Origin: Obrimoposthia wandeli
Lineage: Eukaryota
Length of the DNA: 64,000 bases
Assembly: GCA_977020255.1 (NCBI GenBank)
Contig: CDROCS010001153.1
Span: 310,001-374,000, forward strand
Direction of reading: 5' to 3'
Both the position numbers and the translations under genes were made by a program. Position 1 is the stretch's first letter. The number at the start of each line of letters is the position of its first letter. Positions 12,532 to 20,878 of this stretch are shown piece after piece. A model generated the notes under the pieces. It was not told the DNA's origin. It searched no databases and saw only the letters and a list, made by a program, of their open reading frames with translations.

Positions 12532-13041
12532 TTACTGACAGATGTGAGTAGTTGAATTTTCATTAATATTTAAATAATCCAAACTAGCTGCAAAGCATTT
12601 CTTGTATGCACAATGCTCGCCATGTTTAATATATGGACAATTGATATTTGATGGATTTAATTGTTTTAATGTTTTCGAATAATTTATCACTCTAAATTCA
12701 GGAAAATATTTATTGATTGTCTTTATTTTAGCTCCATTATACTCATTCAAAACATAGAAAATTGATTTGGATACATCACAACAACGTTTTATTTCCTCAG
12801 TTATTTCTTGTATCTTGAAATAACTATTACCATCAACTAGTTTTAGTCGATGGTAATGCTTAATGAGATATCTATTTATTTTTCTTGATTTTCTATTCAT
12901 CATGTCCCATATGGGTTGCATTTTAAAAACATAATGTTTAGGATAGAAGATTGCATCCACATCCATTATACATAGTTCTTTTATTACAAATTCAGTATTA
13001 TTATCAATAAAAGCTTCAAAATCAATAAAATAAACAGACAT
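12532..13041 (-). CDS. Maverick accessory protein, DEDD-exonuclease-like (169 aa)
   Basis: Intact ORF. N-terminal IDFEAF..FVIKEL (ExoI-like DxE) and C-terminal C..H..HCA..C cluster. Recognised by motif only. Confidence 0.55.
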   Translation of the reverse strand: MSVYFIDFEAFIDNNTEFVIKELCIMDVDAIFYPKHYVFKMQPIWDMMNRKSRKINRYLIKHYHRLKLVDGNSYFKIQEITEEIKRCCDVSKSIFYVLNEYNGAKIKTINKYFPEFRVINYSKTLKQLNPSNINCPYIKHGEHCAYKKCFAASLDYLNINENSTTHICQ

Positions 13042-13077
13042 TTTTATAGCAATAATTTTATTTGATATTGTTTATAT

Positions 13078-13455
13078 CTATTGTTTATGCTTTAACCAAA
13101 GCTGACAGAGTTGTCCACATGACTGTGTTAAAACATTTTGATAATGTTTCTTACTAAAATGTACTTTCTTTCCAGAATCAAGTACTGTAGATACTAATTT
13201 AGAAGGGTAATATATCCCAAAGGGGTCAAAAACAAAGATTTCATTTTCTTTAACATGTATTGCAATCCAATATTCACCACGCAAATTAGATGAATGTGTA
13301 TTGATTACATATCCACCTAGTCGAGTCAAAGAGGGGATGTGATCAAGGCTGTAGACTCCATTGAAACGCGAACCGAGTAGTTTTCTTCCGCTTTTTGTTA
13401 TCTCGTCCGAACTAGAATATATATTAATTAATAAATTCAAACTGACTTACTTCAT
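13078..13455 (-). CDS. Adenain-like (C5) cysteine protease, spliced (112 aa); catalytic His replaced by Tyr
   Basis: ATG AA|intron|T TCG GAC gives MNSDEI...FNGVY..D.IP...VINT...GEYWIA...FDPFG...YQ....CGQLC. Confidence 0.9.
13412..13450 (-). other. Protease intron (39 nt, phase 2)
   Basis: ATGAA|GTAAGT...TATTAAT...TTCTAG|T. The unspliced form reads ATG AAG TAA, and there is no other ATG near the N-terminus. Confidence 0.8.
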
Positions 13456-13491
13456 TTATATATCTTCTTTATTGTTTTCATTCTGTTTATA

Positions 13492-14713
13492 CTAGTACTG
13501 TTCCTCCTTGGTAATTTGAACCTCAGAATCGAATACTCCATAGATTATAATATTAGTAGGGTGTTCAAGTGCTTTTGAAAACTTGATTTCTACTTTCAAA
13601 TTTCCCTGTTTAGGGATTTGAGCTTGATTAATATCGAAATCAGGAGAGAACAAATGTGAACAGTGTATACTTGTCCTTGAAATCAGTCATTGAAATTCCA
13701 ATATTAGCATCCTTATCCAAATGACCAAGATTTCTAATTAAAGAGTGCACATAAGAAAACACATAATCATCGTTTTCAAAGTCATTCGTATAAGATTCTT
13801 GATAATCAATATTTCGTGCAAGTTTAATTGAACTCACATTCATGTGTCCAAATTGAGAAACCTCATTTTTAGACTCACCTCCATAGGTAGACGTGTTTTG
13901 GAAAGCAATTAAAACAAAGTTTGGAAGTTGCATATCACCAAAAATCTGATCCTTGTAATAAGATAGTGCTCCCGTAGGGATAGCGTGAGAAACAAGATTA
14001 GTTTTTCTAATAGGATAACATGCATTTTGCTTCTCCAACCTCATTCGATGTGCAACAAGTACAGATGGTTCCACCTTTACTCGTCGAACCAGCAGTTTTG
14101 CTTCCGTAATCTCAATTGCGGTTTTAATAGTATCAGCGCAAACAACACTAAAACCTACTGGATTTCTCTTCATTCGAATATGTGCACTTACACCGGGTAA
14201 AATATACTTTGGTTGCTTAAAGAAATCCAAATGGAGACTCCCACAAAGTGACAATACTTTAGACTTTGCAATCGAAGCAAATCTTCTTTTTTCATCATTG
14301 TCAAACCCAATTGCATCAAGATTAATCAATTTCGTATCATTACCGTAATTCAACAATGTTTCAATCATTGCTTTATGGGTGTAACTAGTATTATTTCCCT
14401 CAACTTTCACATTATTGAGACTGAGAATCACATCCTTGAAAAGAGTATACAACATGTAATTAGCTGATTTGATATCCATACCATCATCCAAATCACCTCC
14501 ATCTTCCTTTGTAACTTTCAATTTAACGAGAAATAAACTATCATTCAAATCAAGATATTGAGTATTGGATCCATTAATATTGAATTCTAAATCCGGAGAA
14601 GATGTCCCGTTAACCGTATTTGTTGGAAATATTTCTTCAAAACTAGCACTATCAACCACAACCTGAGGTATAGGTTTATCGAATATACACAATTCAGTTT
14701 TAGCACAACTCAT
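13492..14713 (-). CDS. Major capsid protein (double jelly-roll, F54H12.2-like), frameshifted near 13645
   Basis: CAKTELCIF...LEFNINGSNTQYLDLNDS...GSLHLDFFKQPKYILPGV. The C-terminus (SPDF...KQGNLKVEIKFSKAL...IYGVFD) continues in another frame after a net 2-bp loss in CTCTCC. Confidence 0.85.
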
Positions 14714-15075
14714 TACTTAAAAATTGTTCCACCTAGTTTCAAACGTTTGTTTATACCCGATGCTTTAGATGTTTTCTTACGTTTATAACCACTTCCCTTT
14801 TGAGTTTTCTTTTTCAAAAATTCAGCTAGACTTGGTGAAATTTCATTCACCTGATCCAAGGCTGCATCCTTTAGTGTAGGAAGAAATTTTTCATCACCAG
14901 ACAAGTATTTTGATCCAACATTAGCAATATATTTCCCGAGTCGCTTGAGTAGTGGGAAAGCAAAGCGACCAAAAACCTTCATCCATCCTGATCCATACTG
15001 TTTTCCGGCAAAATAAGGCAAATCACCTCCTTGCATCGGTTTACTATACGCATCGATTATACTTGAATCAATCAT
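14713..15075 (-). CDS. Basic virion core or membrane-active protein with QxGxG/MQGG motifs (120 aa)
   Basis: MQGG, QYGSG and QKGSG motifs, amphipathic GWMKVFGRFAFPLLKRLG, Lys-rich tail. Its stop overlaps the MCP ATG (TAATG). Confidence 0.65.
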   Translation of the reverse strand: MIDSSIIDAYSKPMQGGDLPYFAGKQYGSGWMKVFGRFAFPLLKRLGKYIANVGSKYLSGDEKFLPTLKDAALDQVNEISPSLAEFLKKKTQKGSGYKRKKTSKASGINKRLKLGGTIFK

Positions 15076-16100
15076 ATTTTTCTAAAATGTATTGTTAAAC
15101 TTGTTTTAGCTCCAAATGAAAATTTAATTAATCTTCCTGAATCATCCCGAATGTTAACTTCAATATTGTTTATAGAAGAAGAACTCACAGGAATATACAT
15201 TGGATTTTCAATTGGGATATGTATAATATCTCCATACTTGTGCTTTTCCTGTTGAACCCAAATAGATTTTATTAATGGAAGTTTATTTCCACCCACAAAT
15301 ATCGGTTCAGTAATACTTGTGTAAATATAAATCTGATTATACGCATTACTTAGCTTTGCCCGATTAGATGCTCGGAAAACTTTATTAAGATTTTTAAAAC
15401 TGTTTTCATTGAATCCTATAATTGTAGCTAAATTTTTATCCATATTTATTTCTTTTACATGTGGTTTCAATTTAAACTCAATTATCTCCTTTTTAACATA
15501 AAAGCTTTCAAATATATTATCAATATTTTTCATGAAATATTGACAAACACTTTCAACATTGGAAAATAAGCAATCATTTTCGAATGCATACTGCTCACGT
15601 ACATCCTCTTGATTATAATGATGCATCTTTAACTTTAATGTCGGTAAATCATATTTTTGATTTGGTAATTCCGATTTATAAAACATACTTTCAATAGGAG
15701 CTTCTTTCATACCGTAACTTAATGCTAAACTTTTATTATCAATTTCTAAATTGAAAGCTTGTCCCGTAGTGCGAGTTATACAAATTTTGTTTTCGCCGCT
15801 AAGGTAAATAACATATTTACTATTAATTGGAGTTAAATACTTGACGAAAAATTCTCCATGTTTCATTTTCACACCAGCTTCAACTTCAGTTTTTATTCTT
15901 TTCTCCGCAACATAATCTATAATTGACCCTCCTTTAATGGATAGAGGAGAGTAATTGAAAGAAAATTCCGTCAGAGCAGCTTCCCAATGCACAGGTAAAT
16001 TGATTGAGCTTTGATAATCAATACTAAAACTATTAGCTGTATTATTCGGCTGAGTTAATGGTGAACCATTACTTGGTAATACAACATACATTGAGTTCAT
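15072..16100 (-). CDS. Minor capsid protein (penton, single jelly-roll) with a central insertion domain (342 aa)
   Basis: N-terminal YVVLPSN..P.NTANSF..WEAALTEF; C-terminal IYIYTSITEP..VG..LIK..YIPV..IEVNIRDDSG..F..LTIHFR. ATG 16100 overlaps the INT stop (ATGA). Confidence 0.85.
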   Translation of the reverse strand: MNSMYVVLPSNGSPLTQPNNTANSFSIDYQSSINLPVHWEAALTEFSFNYSPLSIKGGSIIDYVAEKRIKTEVEAGVKMKHGEFFVKYLTPINSKYVIYLSGENKICITRTTGQAFNLEIDNKSLALSYGMKEAPIESMFYKSELPNQKYDLPTLKLKMHHYNQEDVREQYAFENDCLFSNVESVCQYFMKNIDNIFESFYVKKEIIEFKLKPHVKEINMDKNLATIIGFNENSFKNLNKVFRASNRAKLSNAYNQIYIYTSITEPIFVGGNKLPLIKSIWVQQEKHKYGDIIHIPIENPMYIPVSSSSINNIEVNIRDDSGRLIKFSFGAKTSLTIHFRKI

Positions 16101-17127
16101 TCTATTTGAGAAGCTAATATCCAACTAGGTTCAGTATATCCATGCCACTTAACATGATATTGTTTATGCTTTCCTCTACCTTTTGTCTCTAAAATTTCTT
16201 GGATTCTATATACATTTGGTTTCTCAGGCAAGACTTGTAATTCCTCATAATAAAATTTACCCGTGATTACATTATTGGTTTCATCCTCAATGAAATACAT
16301 TACCGGCATACGTTTATTATCAATTTTAGTTATACGAAATACTTCATCGCTCCAATTCTCTTTGAAATTCTTTATAAAAGGAGTAGTACTAATTTGAGAA
16401 ATACGTACATAATCACCAACTTTATACTTGGGTTTCTGCGCAACTTGACTTTGGTTACGGCGTTGCCAAATTTCCATAGCATTCTCATCTGTAACATCAA
16501 CGGGTCTCTTTCGGTCTAATGATGAGTGTTCACTATGATTGTATGCATGTATTATTTGAGATAAAACAGTAACCCAGGACTTATTTCCCTGCTTTGTGAA
16601 ATACTTTTTCAAACGATCTCTCAATGTTCGATTAAAACGTTCAACTAAAGCGGCTTTATATTGGGAAAATACTGAGTAATGATTAATATTATGTTTTTTC
16701 AATAGTGTTTCAACATGTTTATTATAAAACTCCTTTCCACTATCCGTTTGGAAATTTCTTGGTTTTATTTCTTTAATCAAAAGCTTCATTGCGGTTAAAA
16801 CATCGGTCTAACACTCTTGGACTTTAATGGAATAGCTCGCGCGAATCTGCTAAAGACATCAACACAAGTTAAAATATATCGATATCCGTCGTTAATACTC
16901 GCATACGGAATCATTTCCATCAAATCTGCTTTCCATAAATCATTCGGGCCGCTCGTTTTGTATGATCTCGTTCGGAACCGACGTCTCATTGGTTTGTTTA
17001 AGCTGTAAGCTAATTGATTTCTCAACCACGCCTGAGTTTCCTGCTTTGTCTTCTTTGACTCTTTTGCTAATTTTGAAACCCCTGTGTAACCAACGGGATG
17101 ACTTGGATCGAACCATATTTTCTCCAT
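16097..17127 (-). CDS. Retroviral-like c-integrase with C-terminal chromodomain, frameshifted at about 16810
   Basis: DDE triad in ADL / QTDSG / VERFNRT; chromodomain YRIQEIL...YHVKWHGY. A 2-nt insertion splits KSKSV|TDVLTAMK. Confidence 0.92.
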
Positions 17128-17224
17128 TGCAGCAAGACGATTTGATTTTTAAATTGAATTTAGGAATAGATGGAAGTGATCCCATATATAAATTCATATT
17201 ATTGATTCGAATTTATGTTTATAA

Positions 17225-17570
17225 TCATCGGTTTATTAGTCTACTAGCAAGTGCACCAACTATTGAGCTAATAATTGGTACGAGAAATCCTAAAAATCCA
17301 CCACTTTGCTTATAAAGCAACTTACGTTTACCGATTCGTGTTTTGGCATGAAACAAAGCAAGTAGAGGTTTCTTATGCCGATTCAGGTTAGCCTCGACAA
17401 TTATTTTACCAGAAACTATTTTCTGTATCATATTAAGTAAATCATCTATTACAAAAGTAGGGAATGATTTAAGAATAGCTGGGCGGCGAATAGCAGGTGC
17501 ACGCATGAGAGAATTGAAATAGGCAATACTCCTAGATTTCTTAACAACAGTTCTTTTCGATTTTGAGCAA
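17225..17570 (-). CDS. Small conserved Maverick protein (PW-like) with QSGGFLGFL amphipathic C-terminus; start uncertain
   Basis: R..ILK...I.DLLN.I..IV.G.I...KRKLLYKQSGGFLGFLVPII pattern. The frame is open upstream of ATG 17506 to about 17595. Confidence 0.6.
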
Positions 17571-17642
17571 CCATTTTCCTTGCACTTAAAACTGATTTAA
17601 TCAATTTTTTAACTTCGGGTTTAACAGTTTCCTTTTTAAAAT

Positions 17643-18289
17643 TCATCTTCTCAAAACTGGTTTCTTTGTTTGTTTATAGACGGTTATTCCCGATGGATTG
17701 AATACATCAGTTCTAACTCTAAAGTCATCGGGACAATCTTGAGTAAAATCAATAAAAATGTATCCATGAGGAATAGTAGTTGCATCTTGAAATGAATCAA
17801 TTAAAAACTTTCTATTATTCGGGTAAGCTTGTCTTGAAACAAAATCAACAACCGTCTGATCACGTGGATTCTTGAAGAGAACAAGGTAATGTACATTTAA
17901 ATTACGAGTTCTATGGTTCCATAGATCTATAGATTTTGTGTGATGAAAATAACAGTTACTTCCTGATGTCGTGCTATTTTAGTGAATAAATTATTGAAAT
18001 CACTCTCTTTATTTGCTTCTTGATATAAATCATCAATAACAATAACATCATGTCGTTGTAATCGCTCAGACCAATTATCATCGAATCCATTAATGACTTT
18101 TATATTTTTGATTTTCTTAAACTCTTTACTGGTTAAACCAGCTTCTCCATCTCCTCCCTGATGCCAGTATATTTTATTAAACTTAAAACTAAAGTATTTA
18201 TTATTTTGCAGTAATTTACATACAAAATGTGTTTTCCCACTACCACAAGGACCTACAATCTGAAAAACTGAATTATTTTTTAAGTTCAT
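17643..18289 (-). CDS. A32/FtsK-like genome-packaging ATPase, disrupted at 17915-17930
   Basis: Walker A GPCGSGKT, Walker B VIVIDD, then ITQNL*. The second half (HRTRNLNVHYLVLFKNPRD...HGYIFIDFTQ...RVRTDVF) is in another frame and ends at TGA 17643. Confidence 0.9.
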
Positions 18290-18332
18290 ATTAAAAATAT
18301 TAGATTATCGGGATAATGTTTATAAGACAAAA

Positions 18333-18611
18333 CTATTTAAAATATTTTATTACGAAACATCCAGCAACAAACAATAAAAAACTCTTCTCGTAGAAAAAGC
18401 TCCTTTTCTCTTCTTTGTTTGCGAGTTTCTTCTGATTGTATCCCTGAATGAGAAGATTGACTGCCTTGTCGTGCACCATTCTTCTTACGTGCTCCTCCAG
18501 GGGTAGATTTGAGACATCAATGAGTTGCAGGACATCTGGTTCTATGAAATTCTTCGAGATGAAGCTCTTCACCGCCTTGTCAACATCTTGTTTGAAATAG
18601 TTTTTAGACAT
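18333..18611 (-). CDS. Hypothetical 92-aa protein with C-terminal hydrophobic segment
   Basis: ATG 18611 preceded by TAGTATATAAGCA; ends FLLFVAGCFVIKYFK. Confidence 0.55.
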   Translation of the reverse strand: MSKNYFKQDVDKAVKSFISKNFIEPDVLQLIDVSNLPLEEHVRRMVHDKAVNLLIQGYNQKKLANKEEKRSFFYEKSFLLFVAGCFVIKYFK

Positions 18612-18680
18612 AATGATGATGAAGAAGTAAAAAGTAATCTGCTTATATACTATACATCTGAAATCTGATTGGTTAATAAA

Positions 18681-18860
18681 GACTAATAAAGACACTAAAG
18701 ACACTGAATAATAAAGACACTAAAGACACTGACTAATAAAGACACTAAAGACACTGACTAATAAAGACACTGACTAATAAAGACACTGACTAATAAAGAC
18801 ACTGACTAATAAAGACACAGATTAATAAAAACACTGACTAATAAAGACACTGATTAAAGA
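18681..18860 (+). repeat. Tandem array of a roughly 16-bp unit (GACTAATAAAGACACT) with AAAGACACT sub-repeats
   Basis: Directly visible. Confidence 0.9.
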
Positions 18861-18876
18861 TAAAGACGAATAAAAT

Positions 18877-19671
18877 TTACACATGATAACGATTAAAAAT
18901 ACGTATTTGATGAAGCATAGCTTCATTAGGAGCAGCAATAGTCCGTTTAGCTTTAACAAGATTCGAAGCAGCAGTAACACCAATCGAATGAGATAAAAAT
19001 GCAATAACAATGCAAGCAGCATGTAAACTACCATAATGACCACATACTAAAATCTTACCACCATTTTCGATAGTTTCTTTAATTATATTATTAGTCTGTT
19101 TATAATACTTCATTATTGTTTCTCCTAATTTTGAGTTTACAAAGACAGAAGTATATTTTAATTTCTTATAAGATATTTTATCCAGTATAGATGTATTGAT
19201 TACATGAGTGAAATTGGAATTCAAAAGATTAGTTTCATCAAACCCATCTCTATAATTACCAATATATAATTGATTTACTAAAATCTCACTCATCGCTATT
19301 TTGTTTAACTTTTCTACATTAAGTTGAGTAAATCTAGCACTAAACAAACTATCAAAAAGATGGGTCATGTGGTTCATTTCCATACTCGAAGCATGAGCTA
19401 TTATGGGTTCCATAAAAGCCAAAGCATTTAAAAAATCTATCCGTCTCTTATCTTCAATAATTGGATCTATAATAATTTCTTCTTCTATCGTCACTTCATC
19501 AATAGTTTCTTCTCTTCTTATAACTGTTGTTGTTGTTGCTGGTGGTGATGATGTTACTGATGATGTTACTGATGATGTTGCTGGCGATGATGTTGTTGGC
19601 GATGATATTGCTGGTAGTGATGATGTTGCTGGCGATGATGTTGCTTCTGGTGCTGAATTGATTTTCTCCAT
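18877..19671 (-). CDS. Dual-specificity-phosphatase-fold pseudophosphatase with Ser/Thr/Pro-rich N-terminus (264 aa)
   Basis: QLYIGNY..THVIN..KILVCGHYGSLHAACIVIAFL..VKAKR..APN..QI aligns to the DSP pattern LYLG..THILN..KVLVHCxxGxSRSATIVIAYL..VKxKR..PN..QL. Confidence 0.85.
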   Translation of the reverse strand: MEKINSAPEATSSPATSSLPAISSPTTSSPATSSVTSSVTSSPPATTTTVIRREETIDEVTIEEEIIIDPIIEDKRRIDFLNALAFMEPIIAHASSMEMNHMTHLFDSLFSARFTQLNVEKLNKIAMSEILVNQLYIGNYRDGFDETNLLNSNFTHVINTSILDKISYKKLKYTSVFVNSKLGETIMKYYKQTNNIIKETIENGGKILVCGHYGSLHAACIVIAFLSHSIGVTAASNLVKAKRTIAAPNEAMLHQIRIFNRYHV

Positions 19672-19704
19672 TTTATCAATTCCGAGTCAATTTAGTCTTA
19701 TATA

Positions 19705-19947
19705 TTAAACAAGGTTTGATTTCATTGGAGCATCAGTTTCATCATATGATTTGATTGGAGTATTATTCAATATTTCCATTGTACTTAACATCTCATGTAA
19801 ATGTAGTTGATGACGTAACCTAAAGAGTTAAATAAACTACATATAAATATTACTCATGATTATTTTTCCTAATTAAAGCATTGAGAATAACTGAAGCAAG
19901 ATCTTTTAATGCATCCTGAACCTCTTTACATTCAATAATTTATCCAT
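19705..19947 (-). CDS. Putative 69-aa spliced ORF (34-nt intron 19820-19853; needs one extra base after ATG GAT AA)
   Basis: CAT GA|GTAATA...TTTAAC TCTTTAG|G TTA CGT joins two stop-free frames: IIECKEVQDALKDLASVILNALIRKNNHE and LRHQLHLHEML...SNLV*. Confidence 0.4.
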
Positions 19948-20108
19948 TTTATGATAAAGCAAATCAAATATTGTTTATAACCCATGAAAAATCTATTTTT
20001 AGACCACAACTATTTGCAACATTACAACGTTTGCAACTATTTGCAAGTAATGACATGTGATGTCTTTGTCTTAGTATAAACAATATTTTGATAATGATTT
20101 TATTGAAA

Positions 20109-20309
20109 ATGGATAATCAAAATAATCAAAATAATGAAAGTAGAGCTAGTACATACATAGGTTTCGGTAGTAATTTATATTCTAATATGAATTATAATAG
20201 AAATAATCAGAGAGAAAATATTAATCCATCAAGTCAAACAATAACAAGTCCTACGCGCGTAACCGAAGAACGTGAGCCCTTTAAGGATATGACTAATACT
20301 AGACGATAA
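20109..20309 (+). CDS. Hypothetical Asn/Ser-rich protein (66 aa)
   Basis: ATG 20109 preceded by TAGTATAAACA; C-terminal REPFKDMTN. Confidence 0.45.
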   Translation: MDNQNNQNNESRASTYIGFGSNLYSNMNYNRNNQRENINPSSQTITSPTRVTEEREPFKDMTNTRR

Positions 20310-20422
20310 ACAAGAATGTTAACCAATTGAGACTAATCGATTTTCATAAACAAGAATATCGACCAATTAGAATCGAGCTTTAGAGGAAAAACAATTGAAT
20401 ATTTCAATTTATAATTGTCAAT

Positions 20423-20811
20423 ATGAATTTCGAAAAGCTATATCAACCTATGCATACATATTATGAATATGAGATGCACTTTTGAAGAAAGCTCATAACT
20501 ATAATTTTATTTTTCCTGTCAACATCGAGCCGCTTAAATTTGATTTTGAAATATCAAATTTGACTTCTGTGGATAAAGAGAGAATCAATATTCTCTTGAC
20601 TCAATTCGGAATCAACTATGCGCTTCAGGAAAACAAATTCGTAATCAAAGGATCAACTGCCACTTTCAAGCATGAGAATGGAACAATATACGAAGCACCT
20701 CCTCCTAAGCTAGAATGGATTATCTCAATCAGAATTCAAGGATGCAAGATCGGACCCAGTGGATTGGAAACTCCGATATGGAAAATAATTGATGCTGTTA
20801 GAGTTGACTAA
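20423..20811 (+). CDS. Hypothetical protein of about 129 aa (frameshift near 20472), possibly beta-rich OB-fold
   Basis: MNFEKLYQPMHTYYEY joins DALLKKAH...WKIIDAVRVD if one base is restored. Confidence 0.55.
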
Positions 20812-20878
20812 TAAATTTTTGTGTCTTTATTTGTATTATTTTATATATATAAACAATAGTGATACTTTAATATTTATT

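Noticed and set aside
16808-16815. GTTAG in the integrase as an intron whose removal restores the frame
   Set aside because: Five nucleotides cannot be spliced. A 2-nt insertion explains the break and aligns better.
20161-20200. Possible 40-nt intron (GTTTCG...CTAAT...TAG) in the 20109 ORF
   Set aside because: The unspliced frame is already open, and splicing would shift into an earlier stop.
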